64,000 bases of DNA, from the NCBI GenBank assembly GCA_963727895.1, contig CAVSHT010000009.1:320001-384000 (forward strand), given 5' to 3'. Shown piece by piece: positions 10,657 to 21,613 of the stretch. The number at the start of each line of letters is the position of its first letter. The first letter of the stretch is position 1. The DNA comes from an uncultured Methanosarcinaceae archaeon. GTDB taxonomy: Archaea; Halobacteriota; Methanosarcinia; Methanosarcinales; Methanosarcinaceae. The notes under the pieces were generated by a model. The model saw only the letters and a program-made list of their open reading frames with translations, was not told where the DNA came from and searched no databases. Made by a program: the position numbers and the translations under genes.

Positions 10657-12981
10657 ATGACGCAAAAGAACGGATATATGCAGTATTTTACAAAACAAAG
10701 TTGCTACCCTAATCAGGCAGAAGCAATGGAAAAAATCCATTCTGCACTCCTGAACGAAAAAATAGTGCTTTTTGAGGGAGCTTGCGGGACAGGCAAGACT
10801 TTGAGTGCACTTGCGCCCGCATTGAGTGTGGGAAAAAAACTCAATAAGGTTATTATTATAGTCACCAATGTTCATCAGCAGATGGTTCAGTTTATAAGCG
10901 AAGCAAGAGAGATCTCCCAGGATAATGACATAAAAACAATTGTTTTTAAGGGCAAGACTTCCATGTGCCCTGAAAATCTCGATTATGAAGAATGCAAACT
11001 TCAAGGGGAAAATACCTACGATCTCCTTGACCTTGAGCGGGAAATATCGTCAAAGGAAAAAGAACTCAAGGACGCGCATGAAAAATACAAGCGGACAAAA
11101 GACCCTGCCCTTTACACATTAAGAATCGAGCTTGAAAAAGAACTTGAAGAAGCCAGGAAAAAAGCTCAGTCCTTGAGGAACAATTCCTGTCCCAAGCTTC
11201 ACGAAGTCCTGAAATTTGAAGGTAATGAATTTTCGAATTGGCTTTTTTCCGAGGTAAGAAGCCCGGAAGAAGTAATGGAATATGCAGAAGATCAGGACAT
11301 GTGCGGGTATGAATTGTTGAAAAAAGAACTCAAAAATACGGAACTTCTAATCTGCAATTTTCATCACGTCCTTAGTGCTGACATCTTCATGATGATGCTT
11401 AAATGGCTTGAACGTGACCCTGAAGATATTATCCTGATTTTTGACGAGGCACATAATATTGAGGCATCTGCTCGCTCCCATTCTTCAATCATGCTCTCGG
11501 AATTAACTATTGAAAAAGCTCTTTCCGAAGTAGGAGAAACTCCTGAACCTGATAACTCCATTTTCTTCGGCAAGAAAACTGGATCTGGAGATGGCATTCC
11601 CCTTGAAGAAGATTATGCAGCTCGGCTATATGCAAAAAGGCTGTTTTCCTGTCTTTTGAAAGCTGTCAGAGATACATATGATTCAAAATTGAAATTTGGA
11701 GAAAGAAACAGACTTGGAAAGAACTGGCAGGATATTCAGATAAGTGATCCTTATGAGCGCCTTGACATCCTGAAAACTCGCTTCTTGCGGGAAGCTATAA
11801 AGGAAGGATTTGAGGATGAAGAAAAAGTGTTAACGAGATTGAGGGAGATTAGCGAGTTTGGTGGGAGACTGGAGGAAATTTATGCGGAGAATTATAAAAA
11901 AGGACTTCTTGCAATTCCAAAACGTTCTCAAATTCGGTACGTTGCCGATTTTTTGTCCTCTTATCTCGTGCTCTCGGACAGACAAAATTATTATCCGATT
12001 CTAAACGTGCGCAAGGATTTTAAAAGCGATAGAGCTGTCGGTAGAATTGAACTCTTCACATGCATCCCCAAAAATGTAACCCAACCGTTACTAGATTCTG
12101 TTTATGCAGCAGTACTCATGTCGGCTACGCTTCGGCCATTTGAAATGATTAAATCCACACTTGGAATCTCCAGAGAAGTCGAAGAAATCTCCTACGGCAC
12201 AACTTTTCCCATGGAGAGAAGGCTTACACTTGCGGTCTCAATTCCTCCCCTTTTTGCAAAAAACCGTGATAGTCCTGAAACGTTTGAAAGTTTAAAAGAA
12301 ACTCTGTTAGCAGCTACCGTTGCATCAGCAGGGAATGTAATTATTTACTTTCAGAGCTATGCTGAAGCACTTCGTTATACCAAACTTCTTGAACCTGAAC
12401 TTTCTATTCCTATTTTTCTGGACGAAACGGGAGTTTCAGCCCAAGAAATCCGAGAGAAGTTTTTTAAAATAGGAGAAACAGGAGGAAAAGCGTTACTTGT
12501 AACTTATCTCTGGGGAACATTGAGTGAAGGTGTTGATTTTAAAGATTCTCGAGGCAGGACAGTAATTATAGTTGGAGTAGGTTATCCAGCTCTAAATGAT
12601 CGAATTAAGGCTGTAGAATCTGCATATGATACGGTTTTCGGCTTTGGAGAAGGCTGGGAATTTGCAGTTCAAGTTCCGACAATAAGAAAAGTTAGACAGG
12701 CAATGGGAAGAGTAGTACGCTCTCCAGAAGACTATGGAGTAATAATTTTACTTGATTCCCGGTATCAGGGTTCTCAAATGCATAAACTTGGCAAATTCTC
12801 AGTTTTTAACTATTTTCCACCTGAAAAAAAGAAAGAGTTCATCGATGTTGCGCCAAAAGACGTAGGAAATTTTGTAGAAGAATTTTTTGCACATATTAAA
12901 TCAAATAATCATGAAAAAAAGGAGTCGGAATCCCCGACTTCAAGTCGACTGGATTTTGGAAGCCTTGCAGAAAAACTTTGA
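10657..12981 (+). CDS. XPD/Rad3/DinG-family ATP-dependent DNA helicase
   Basis: GACGTGKT Walker A, Fe-S cysteines, DEAH, SATL, QAMGRVVR. Confidence 0.92.
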   Translation: MTQKNGYMQYFTKQSCYPNQAEAMEKIHSALLNEKIVLFEGACGTGKTLSALAPALSVGKKLNKVIIIVTNVHQQMVQFISEAREISQDNDIKTIVFKGKTSMCPENLDYEECKLQGENTYDLLDLEREISSKEKELKDAHEKYKRTKDPALYTLRIELEKELEEARKKAQSLRNNSCPKLHEVLKFEGNEFSNWLFSEVRSPEEVMEYAEDQDMCGYELLKKELKNTELLICNFHHVLSADIFMMMLKWLERDPEDIILIFDEAHNIEASARSHSSIMLSELTIEKALSEVGETPEPDNSIFFGKKTGSGDGIPLEEDYAARLYAKRLFSCLLKAVRDTYDSKLKFGERNRLGKNWQDIQISDPYERLDILKTRFLREAIKEGFEDEEKVLTRLREISEFGGRLEEIYAENYKKGLLAIPKRSQIRYVADFLSSYLVLSDRQNYYPILNVRKDFKSDRAVGRIELFTCIPKNVTQPLLDSVYAAVLMSATLRPFEMIKSTLGISREVEEISYGTTFPMERRLTLAVSIPPLFAKNRDSPETFESLKETLLAATVASAGNVIIYFQSYAEALRYTKLLEPELSIPIFLDETGVSAQEIREKFFKIGETGGKALLVTYLWGTLSEGVDFKDSRGRTVIIVGVGYPALNDRIKAVESAYDTVFGFGEGWEFAVQVPTIRKVRQAMGRVVRSPEDYGVIILLDSRYQGSQMHKLGKFSVFNYFPPEKKKEFIDVAPKDVGNFVEEFFAHIKSNNHEKKESESPTSSRLDFGSLAEKL

Positions 12982-13124
12982 ACTCCTTTGAGTTAAATAA
13001 TTTGAAATTTAGCCGGTTTCCTCAACAGAATAAAAAGAGTTGCCTGTCATTCATATTTGAATTTCAGGCATTAAGTTACTTATTATACAAGATTTTTCAA
13101 TCTAGCTATTATAAAGCTGTCTAC

Positions 13125-14812
13125 TTATGTTACTTTTATATAATTTGCTCTTGTCTTCGTACCCATTCCGGCTGCATTACTCACACTCAGTGTTACTGAA
13201 TAGTTGCCTGCTTTTGAATAAGTGTGTCTTGGATTCTGTAGTGTTGAATATGTTCCATCTCCAAAACTCCATTTCCATGCAGTGGGAGTCCTGTACTTGC
13301 ATCTGTAAAACCAAGGGTTATAGGAGCTGTCCCTGATGTTCGTGATCGCCCAGAAGCTTACAACAGGTTTTGTTGAACGTTAGGTGGTGTATTCGCTGTG
13401 ACTTTTATGTAGCTGGCTTTTGTTGTGGCATTACTACCAGCGAATTACTTACTGTAAGTGAACGGTATAGTTTCCTGCTGCAGAATATGTATGTGTTGGA
13501 GTCTTTATGGTTGAATTTGCAGTTCCGTCTCCAAAGTCCAGTTCCATGCGGTTGGTGTGTTCTGTACTCTTGTCGGTGAAAAAACATTAAGTGGTGCAGT
13601 TCCTGAGGTCACGTTGCTCCCGAAACTTGAAACTGGTTTTTGTGTAGTTATAGCCGTCCCTAAATTTACATAGTGGGTTTTATTGTCGTATTACTACCTG
13701 CTAATTACTTACTGTAAGTGTAACGGTATAGTTTCCTGGTGCAGAATATGTATGTGTTGGATTCTGTAACAGTTGCTTTGTTGTTCCATCCCCAAAGCTC
13801 CAGTTCCACGAAGTCGGTGATGCTTGTACTTGTATCTTTAAAGGAAACTGTTTAATGGTGCAGTTCCGGAAGTAGGTTTAGCAGAAAATGCAGCAATCAG
13901 TGGAGTCGGAACAGATTTATCAGCTAATGGGAGGTAGTCAGAATATATGCTACCTGTTATGTTTTTATATGGAGAATCGGAAATCCCATCTCCATTGTTA
14001 TCGATAGCAGTATTGGAAAATCCGGTTCCATCAGGTTTTCCCCAGAAGTTACCTCCTATATAAGATCCACCTATGATATTAGTGCCTGCAGTTTTTGTGG
14101 TGTTATAAAGATTTCCTATTCCGTTTTTAATACTTATGTTAGTATCATTAAAGTAATTGTTGTAAATTAAATTCCTGTCACTATGGGAGCAGATGAAAAA
14201 ACCGTAAATAATGTTGTTTCGAATAGTATTTCCTAATAGTGTATTGCCGTCAGAATTACCAATATGAATTCCCTGGATTTTGTTATCCAAAACTGTATTT
14301 TCTGAAAGAATATTGTATGTAGCTGTTCCAAGTAAAATTCCATACTGTCCATTGTTCATGGCTGTATTCTGTGAAAGTATATTTCCTTTTGAATTTAGGA
14401 CATAGATTCCATAAGAGTTGTTCAGAAGTTTATTGTTCTCGATCGTGCAGTTATTGCATGAAGACAAACAAATTCCTGAATAACCGGATATGATTGCTCC
14501 AACAATCTGAAGCCCACTAATTTTTATGTTGTTAGCCTGTATGAAGAAAACGTTGGCACCTGAACTTCTAGCTTTAACAATTGTATTAGCAGGATTTCCA
14601 GATTCGGATCTAACCGTAATATTACTTTTAGTTATGTTGATATTTTCAATATAGGTTCCAGGTTTTATAGTTATCACATCACCTGAACTTGAGTTATTCA
14701 CAGCTTTTTGTATCGAGCTTCCGGGGCTTACGAAAATCTCAGCTGCGGCACCTATGCCTGAAATTAATGTAAATATGAGAAAAATTACTAATAAGAAAGT
14801 TAATTTTTTTAT
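13125..14812 (-). pseudogene. Cell-surface protein (signal peptide, NosD-type beta-helix, 3 PKD domains) with multiple frameshifts
   Basis: GGAGG RBS then ATA-KKLTFLL signal peptide in frame with ORF 13838..14701; GGNFWGKPDG motif; three W.W.FGDG PKD units in 13125-13850 broken by several 1-bp indels. Confidence 0.8.
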
Positions 14813-15397
14813 TTAAATTCCTCCGTCCATTTTTAAAATTTGAGTGAAAAAAACCTGTTATAATTAATCAGATATTTATACTGTGTACCCATCATAATAA
14901 TGAACAAATGTAAGGGTACTAAGCTTATTCTAAGAATTTACACATACATAGCAAAATTCTATAGTCAAGTAGATTTAATAAAGTCAAAGTTGGATATAAA
15001 ACAATATAAATATGTTGATTTAAATTATAAATAAATACTTAATGTTTCGAAAAAAAAAGGAATAAGACGCTTATTTGAAAAGTGTACTTTTATTTGCAGC
15101 GATTTGCACTTATTTTGGCATATAAAATAAATACTGAAAAACATTTTGCTTTATAAAAGATCGTTATAAAATTAGGGTATTTTATAGTAGTTCATACCAT
15201 ACAATGAAAAGAGTATTTTGCCTATATTAGTAGAGATGCTTCCGTAAAAAATGTTCAACTTCAAAATTATTAGATAGGCAATTATTTAAATAGATTAGTT
15301 TTATTAATTCTCCATAACTAGATTAAATTAATTTAAAAATAGAAAACTAGAAAAAAACTTATAATCTCTATATAAAAAAATAGAGGATGGAAATAAA

Positions 15398-15865
15398 ATG
15401 GGTGTAGAAGCCACAATCAAAGAAATTGCAGGTGAACTTGAAAAAATCGCAACTACTAAAACTGTAGTTGGAGAACCCATTACTGCTTCCGGAAAAACAA
15501 TTATTCCGATTTCAAGAATTACCATGGGTTTTGGAGCAGGTGGAGAAGAGGGCAAAAAAGACACCGAGTCTGGATATGGAGGTGGCGGGGGTGCAGGTGC
15601 AAAAATAGAACCTGTAGCATTTATTATGCTTTCTGAAGAAGAAGCCAAAATTTTCCGGATTTCAGAAAGGAGTGACGCCGGATCAATACTTAGTTCAATT
15701 CCTGATCTTGTACCTGAGATTATGGACAAACTAAAAGGTATAAGAGGAAAAAACAAAAAAGAAGAGAAATCAGAAGACCAGGAAATTAAAAGAAAAGAAG
15801 CTCCAGAAATGGGAACTGCAGAAGGAAACGAGATTAAAATTGAAGAAGAGAAATGTTTCCACTAA
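15398..15865 (+). CDS. YtfJ/GerW-family protein
   Basis: TVVGEPI..IIPISRITMGFGAGG..GGGGGAGAKIEPVAF. Confidence 0.85.
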   Translation: MGVEATIKEIAGELEKIATTKTVVGEPITASGKTIIPISRITMGFGAGGEEGKKDTESGYGGGGGAGAKIEPVAFIMLSEEEAKIFRISERSDAGSILSSIPDLVPEIMDKLKGIRGKNKKEEKSEDQEIKRKEAPEMGTAEGNEIKIEEEKCFH

Positions 15866-15962
15866 AGATTCTATAATTTAAACCTTTTTAAGGAACTTTT
15901 TCGGGTCTAAACTTAAAAGAATAAGTTTTCAGGATAGTTATGACTATCCTTTTTCCCTAAAA

Positions 15963-16922
15963 ATGCTTAATATGCTGGTAATTACTCTTCTTCTGCTGAT
16001 CTTTGTATTCATTTTATTACTACTTTTTACAGCGATAGGCTTCACTTTCAAGTTTAATATTTTAAGTTTAGAAGAAAAAGAAGAATTCGAAGGCAAATTA
16101 ACTGTAAAATGGCTGCTTTTTTCCCATACGTTCTCATTAGAAGAAGACGAAAACGAAAGCCTTTTTGAAGAATCAGAATACTCGAAAGAGGAAAAAAAAA
16201 TAAAAGAAAAGCAAAGTGAAATAGGGCTGGATGAGCCTAAAAATATACAAACCTCTATAGAGACACAAAATAAAGCTGAAGAGAAAGAACCAGATGAAGA
16301 AAAAATAGAAGTAGATGAAGTTAAAGCAGGAAAAATAGAAATAGACGCTAATAAAGGAAAAACTGAAAAAACTGAAAAAGACAGAGAAAAAAGAATAGAA
16401 ATAAAAGAGAATAAAAGAAAAAAAAATATAATTGCAAGGATACGAGGAAAAAAAGAGCCTGAAATTGAAGAACCTATGGAAGCTGGAATGTCTACCAGGG
16501 AAATGCTTCACTGGGCCCTGGAAGCGTTCAAATCTCTCAGAGGTCCTCTTTTTCGTTTATTTTCAGATCTGCTTAATGGAATTAAAGTTAAGCGCTTAAA
16601 ATCTAACATAACATTTGGTCTTTCGGATCCTGCAGACACAGGTATGCTCTGCGGATTAATACATGCGATTGCAGGCTTGACCTACAGCCGGTGCAAGAAT
16701 TGCAGTTTTGTCATTAACCCTTTATTTACAAATCCAATTGTGGATATTCGTGGGGACATAGATGTCCGTGTAAGAATATATTCTCTGATTTTTCCAATGA
16801 TTAAATTTATATGTAACAGGAAAACTTTATCATTTACTTATTCGATTATTAGGGAAAAACTCTGGGGGAAATGGAAGTTCAAGCTAATGGGAATTAAATT
16901 CCTAAGCTTTATGAATAGATAA
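15963..16922 (+). CDS. DUF2953 (YtfI-like) membrane-anchored protein
   Basis: N-terminal TM helix, E/K-rich linker, FGLSDPADTGMLCG motif; next to ytfJ-like gene. Confidence 0.75.
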   Translation: MLNMLVITLLLLIFVFILLLLFTAIGFTFKFNILSLEEKEEFEGKLTVKWLLFSHTFSLEEDENESLFEESEYSKEEKKIKEKQSEIGLDEPKNIQTSIETQNKAEEKEPDEEKIEVDEVKAGKIEIDANKGKTEKTEKDREKRIEIKENKRKKNIIARIRGKKEPEIEEPMEAGMSTREMLHWALEAFKSLRGPLFRLFSDLLNGIKVKRLKSNITFGLSDPADTGMLCGLIHAIAGLTYSRCKNCSFVINPLFTNPIVDIRGDIDVRVRIYSLIFPMIKFICNRKTLSFTYSIIREKLWGKWKFKLMGIKFLSFMNR

Positions 16923-16938
16923 TGAGGTACAGATATAC

Positions 16939-17910
16939 ATGATTAAAGTAGTGACTCCATCCAGACTTCATCTCACCCTGATAGATCTCAATGCAGAGAT
17001 AGGCAGGGTTGATGGAGGAGCGGGAATCGCTCTGGAATCTCCCAGCCTGGAAATTATTGCAACTGAAGCTGATAATATAGAAGTCATCGGAAATCCTATT
17101 CTTGCAGGAAAAATGAAAAAAGCTGCACAAGCTATCCTCCCGGAAGGAAAAGGAATAAGACTTAATATTGATCAAAGTCTTCCTGATCATGTTGGACTTG
17201 GTTCAGGGACTCAGGCTGCACTCTCAACAGCAGTAGCCGTAAATAAGATATATGGACTAGGGAAAAGTGTGAGGAAACTTGCAGTTGCAGTAGGTAGGGG
17301 CGGCACATCTGGAATTGGAGTTGCTGCTTTTGAAAATGGCGGCTTTATTCTGGACGGAGGGCATAAGTTCAAAGATAAAGGTGCATTTTCCCCGTCTTCA
17401 GCCAGCCACGTTCCTCCTGGTCCTGTTCTTTTTAGAAGAAACTTTCCTGATTGGCCTATTGTTCTTGTAATCCCTAATGGACAAGGAGCTCACGATACGG
17501 AAGAAGTGGACCTTTTCAAAAAGTTTTGTCCAATTCCCCTTCCCGAGGTTCAGGAAGTTTGTCATGTAATCCTCATGCAGATGCTTCCTGCAATTGTTGA
17601 AGAAGATCTGGAAAGTTTCGGCAAGGCAGTTAATCATATCCAGACTGCAGGTTTTAAGAGAAGAGAAGTCGAACTTCAATCACAGCCTGTTCTGGATATT
17701 ATGCATTACATGCGCGATAATGGAGCAAGCGGCTCAGGTGTCAGTTCTTTCGGGCCAGTAGTTTATGGAATTGTCGGAAGTGTTGCAGAAGGCAAAAAAC
17801 TACAGCATGAAGCTCAGCGCATGCTTGATGAGTCAGTTGGAGGTAAAGTCCTGCTAACAAAGGCAAGAAACCAGGGTGCAGCCATTTATGGGGGCCCAAA
17901 TTGGAAATAA
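16939..17910 (+). CDS. mptG: Beta-ribofuranosylaminobenzene 5'-phosphate synthase (GHMP family, methanopterin synthesis)
   Basis: PSRLH, HVGLGSGTQ, GRGGTSGIG, SSFGP. Confidence 0.88.
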   Translation: MIKVVTPSRLHLTLIDLNAEIGRVDGGAGIALESPSLEIIATEADNIEVIGNPILAGKMKKAAQAILPEGKGIRLNIDQSLPDHVGLGSGTQAALSTAVAVNKIYGLGKSVRKLAVAVGRGGTSGIGVAAFENGGFILDGGHKFKDKGAFSPSSASHVPPGPVLFRRNFPDWPIVLVIPNGQGAHDTEEVDLFKKFCPIPLPEVQEVCHVILMQMLPAIVEEDLESFGKAVNHIQTAGFKRREVELQSQPVLDIMHYMRDNGASGSGVSSFGPVVYGIVGSVAEGKKLQHEAQRMLDESVGGKVLLTKARNQGAAIYGGPNWK

Positions 17911-18911
17911 ATACCTGGTTTGGAGTTTTGGAAACAAATAAAGCCGGAGAAATTCTTGAATCCAAACTGATTCCAAAAGATGTCCGTGAGCTTGCTATGT
18001 ATTCCCTCTCCCTAAGGGATAGAAGGGAGAATCTTCCTCCCGAAGGCTTTGACCTCAAAAATACAGCTCTCAAATGCGAATTTGTAGAATCTCCTGCCGA
18101 ATACTACTCTCTTTTACATGAAGTCACTATAGAAGCTGCAAAAATCCAGGTTTCAGGCGCTTTGACCCCAGACCAGCGAATTATTCAGGCCGTAGAAGCC
18201 CTAGACGACATCAATGAAACGGCAAATTCTCTCTCAGAAAGGCTTTTTGAATGGTATGGAGGTTATTTCCCGGAAAGCGGATTAGGTGGAGAAGAGCTTG
18301 CACATTTTATTGTAAAATATGGTTCTCGTGAAAATGTTAGTTATGAAGACCCTCTTTATTCAAAAGCCAGAAATTCAATGGGTGCAAAGCTTAAACCTTC
18401 AGATGAATTACTTCTGAAAGGTTTTGCAGAAAATGTGTGCAACCTCTATGAACAGAGGCGACAGATCGAGACTTATATTGATGACAGTATGGAACTGGTT
18501 GCACCTAACCTGAAACTTATTGCAGGCCCGATGCTAGGGGCAAGATTAATAAGTATGGCAGGAAGCCTCGGAAAACTTGCTGATTTTCCTTCCAGCACTA
18601 TTCAGGTTATAGGGGCTAACAAGGCTCTATTTAAGCATCTCAGAGCTCGAGCTCCATCTCCTAAGCACGGAATCATCTACAGCCACCATCTGATAAACAC
18701 TGCGCCCTGGTGGGTAAGGGGAAAGATAGCAAGAGCTGTTGCATCAAAATTGTCTCTTGCTGCACGTATTGACTTTTATTCAGAGAAAAAAAATCCATCT
18801 CTTGCCGAAAAACTTGAAACAAAGGTTACACAAATCAGGGCTTTGAACATGAAACCTCCTGAAAAAAAGCAAAAACGCGGGACTAATCCAAAGAAAAGGA
18901 GGCGAAAATAA
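17901..18911 (+). CDS. nop5: Nop5/Nop56 box C/D sRNP protein
   Basis: IIQAVEALDD, APNL, GANKALF..PKHG; precedes fibrillarin. Confidence 0.92.
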   Translation: MEINTWFGVLETNKAGEILESKLIPKDVRELAMYSLSLRDRRENLPPEGFDLKNTALKCEFVESPAEYYSLLHEVTIEAAKIQVSGALTPDQRIIQAVEALDDINETANSLSERLFEWYGGYFPESGLGGEELAHFIVKYGSRENVSYEDPLYSKARNSMGAKLKPSDELLLKGFAENVCNLYEQRRQIETYIDDSMELVAPNLKLIAGPMLGARLISMAGSLGKLADFPSSTIQVIGANKALFKHLRARAPSPKHGIIYSHHLINTAPWWVRGKIARAVASKLSLAARIDFYSEKKNPSLAEKLETKVTQIRALNMKPPEKKQKRGTNPKKRRRK

Positions 18912-19595
18912 ATGATTGAAGTCAAAAAGCTGTCAGACGGAATCTTTGAAGTTATAAAAGATAAAAAACAGCTTGCTACAAAGAATCTTGACCCTGGAAA
19001 AACAGTTTATGGAGAAAAACTGATAACGGTTGAAGGAATTGAGTACAGGACATGGGACCCTCGAAGAAGCAAACTGGGGGCCATGATCCTGAAAAAATTT
19101 AATATTGCCTTTAAAGAAGATATGAAGGTACTCTATCTAGGAGCGTCTTCGGGTACAACGGTCAGTCATGTCTCTGATATTGTCTCCGAAGGTGCGGTGT
19201 ATGCTGTTGAGTTTGCTCCAAGAAGCATGAGAGATCTTATAGGACTAGCATCAAGAAGAAAAAATGTACACCCGATTTTAGCTGATGCCGGAAAACCTTA
19301 CAGTTACTCTCATATAGTAGAGCCCGTAGATCTTATTTTTCAGGACGTTGCACAGCCAAACCAAGCTGAAATCGCCGCAAGAAACGCCACCCGTTTTTTA
19401 AAAAAAGAAGGATATCTCCTGCTTTCCATCAAAGCGCGAAGTATCGATACTGCAGCAAACCCGAAAGAGATTTTTAAGGAAGAGATAAAAAAACTCGAAC
19501 AGGCTTTTGAGCCCGGATTCGAGATTCTTTATGCAAAGGATCTGATGCCTTATCATGAAGACCATATGGGAATTTTGGCGAAATTTAAAAAATAA
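18912..19595 (+). CDS. flpA: Fibrillarin-like rRNA/tRNA 2'-O-methyltransferase
   Basis: VLYLGASSGTTVSHVSD, QDVAQPNQA. Confidence 0.95.
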   Translation: MIEVKKLSDGIFEVIKDKKQLATKNLDPGKTVYGEKLITVEGIEYRTWDPRRSKLGAMILKKFNIAFKEDMKVLYLGASSGTTVSHVSDIVSEGAVYAVEFAPRSMRDLIGLASRRKNVHPILADAGKPYSYSHIVEPVDLIFQDVAQPNQAEIAARNATRFLKKEGYLLLSIKARSIDTAANPKEIFKEEIKKLEQAFEPGFEILYAKDLMPYHEDHMGILAKFKK

Positions 19596-19596
19596 T

Positions 19597-20019
19597 TCAT
19601 TCGATACTTTCTTCAATCTTTTTTATATAAGGTTTAATATCCAGGATAGGAGTCCCATTTATTGCATCAAGTTCTTTTACATGAAGCACGTTACCTTCCA
19701 CTTTTAAAAGCTCTACAATCGTTAGTCCTATCCCATTAGGGCGATAGGGGCTTCGGCTTGCATAGACTCCAGAAATCTCGCCATCGTAACGGCGGCGCTG
19801 AGTTAATTTATATCCTTCAGATTCGCTGAAGTAAAAAAGAATGTACAATTTTTCAAAGTCGTCTATCCTGTAAAGTCCATCTGTAAATTCTTTTTTGAGG
19901 ACTATCTGTGAGACTTTCTTGTATACTTCTTCGTTGTAGACCGGCTCAAGATAGTCATTTTCAACGTAGCCTACAGGAATTATTTCAATTGTTTTAAAAG
20001 TTTCTGAATTTTCATTCAT
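19597..20019 (-). CDS. tsaA: TsaA/TrmO-like SAM-binding tRNA methyltransferase
   Basis: GVYASRSPYRPNGIGL, DAINGTPILDIKPY; ATG 20019 overlaps the FmdE stop. Confidence 0.85.
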   Translation of the reverse strand: MNENSETFKTIEIIPVGYVENDYLEPVYNEEVYKKVSQIVLKKEFTDGLYRIDDFEKLYILFYFSESEGYKLTQRRRYDGEISGVYASRSPYRPNGIGLTIVELLKVEGNVLHVKELDAINGTPILDIKPYIKKIEESIE

Positions 20020-20596
20020 ACTTTGCCTCAAAACATGGAATGCAAACGATTTCTCCATTTTTGACTCTACCCAGAGGTTCCATAAAACCTTCCCCGCATT
20101 TACTGCAGATAAGAGTAGGATAAATTATTGCTTTTTCAGGAGGCTCAACTTCTAATTCTTTAACCCAGAAAAGCTCTTCTTCTGGCATTGTTAAAATTTT
20201 CTGGTTTTTTGCGTCGTGCGAAGCTCGAAATTCTTTTGCTTCTTCAGGGCTTGCAATACCTGCTCTCAGTTTTGCAAAGAGAATTGTATGTTTTTCGTCT
20301 TGAGGAAGGGCATTGGGTTTCAAAGAAATTCTCAGAGCTTTATTCTCGCCTCTTTTGAAGAATGTGTAAACGTGTTTACCGTAATCTTTGAAAATAAGGT
20401 TACCTTTTCCATAAGTGCAGCCGTTTATTACCTGAATAGCATCCACGGCGCAGGATCGATTTTCTGCAATTGCGACCAGTTCTTCATCTTCACTACGGTC
20501 TTTGAAATGATTGGCAGCAAGTACTGCAACTCTGTAACCAATGGAAAGCCCTGGGCAAACATGTCCATGAAACTGTGCTACGTTATTGAAATCCAA
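20012..20596 (-). CDS. FmdE-family protein with C-terminal zinc finger
   Basis: FHGHVCPG, CAVDAIQ..GCTYGKGN, CSKC..CIPC. Confidence 0.88.
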   Translation of the reverse strand: MDFNNVAQFHGHVCPGLSIGYRVAVLAANHFKDRSEDEELVAIAENRSCAVDAIQVINGCTYGKGNLIFKDYGKHVYTFFKRGENKALRISLKPNALPQDEKHTILFAKLRAGIASPEEAKEFRASHDAKNQKILTMPEEELFWVKELEVEPPEKAIIYPTLICSKCGEGFMEPLGRVKNGEIVCIPCFEAKYE

Positions 20597-21199
20597 GTTT
20601 TTAACTCCTATTTTTGCTTATACTTTTACTAAGTTTCACTTTAGGTAATGTTATAGGTGTTTATCTTTGAAGAAACGATTGAATATTATGTAATTACTAT
20701 TAATACGTTTTTTATTCAATTTATATTACTAAATATTTATTAAGTATTAAGCTCAAGCTTGTTTTCAGAGACTTTTTATTATTTTCTGGTCTTGTATTAA
20801 TTGCAGTCAATTGCTAGTGAAATTAATGGTAAATTTTGGCAATTCCAGAAGATATTAAAAAGTCTCTGTTTTCAAGGTTTAAGAAATTGGAACGTTCGGT
20901 CTTACCATTCAGCTTTTTAACTTTATTACGTGAACTACAATAAGAACAAAGTATGGCTTGAGAATTTAAATTCAATTTTATTTAAGACTTTTAACTGAGT
21001 ATGATAATTAATTCAGGTCATTCTTAATTCAAGAACATATAGTTGCTTAAGACGTGTTGAAAAAGAGCAGATCAAATTTGAAAATATTTACTTTATGAAC
21101 CTGATAAATTTAACTATGCAAGCCATAACCTGAAAATAAGTATCCCTTTTTTGGATTAGATAATAAGGAAGCTTAAAATTAAAATCACACTGAACCAAA

Positions 21200-21315
21200 A
21201 AATTACCAAAAACAACCATTATAATTGGGAGCCTTGTGCCACCTCTGATTGGCTCCCAATCGCATGATTCAACCCCTGCGATCAAGAGAAAAACCCCTTG
21301 ACTCTTAATCGCTAA
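21200..21315 (-). ncRNA. Candidate structured small RNA (two hairpins; may encode a 20-aa peptide)
   Basis: TATA TTATATA at 21344-21338; hairpins 21278-21312 (G-U pair on this strand) and 21224-21260 (10 bp perfect); T-tracts downstream. Confidence 0.55.
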
Positions 21316-21613
21316 CTTTCTTTTTATGTTAAAGGTGTATATAACCTATGCGACTTTGAAATTTGCCTATCATTAAATAATTTATCCACTTCAAAATCAG
21401 ATATTTTGGACTAAATAAATAGCTTAGATATATTTACAATTTATTTTCCAATTTAATCCGATTAATTTATGTAAGGAAAAATAACACTTGACGAGATATA
21501 AATATTTATATTAAAATTTATTAAAATTATATAATGTAAGTAAAGAATTTAGAATAAATAAGGTTGCAAAATTAGGAAGACATTTATTAATTACCGCTAT
21601 ATATAATAGAAAT

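Noticed and set aside
16173..16511. Phe-rich minus-strand ORF
   Set aside because: Antisense shadow of the E/K-rich linker of the DUF2953 gene
20680..20750. Possible NikR-like inverted repeats upstream of fmdE
   Set aside because: Very AT-rich and ambiguous spacing; cannot be told from chance
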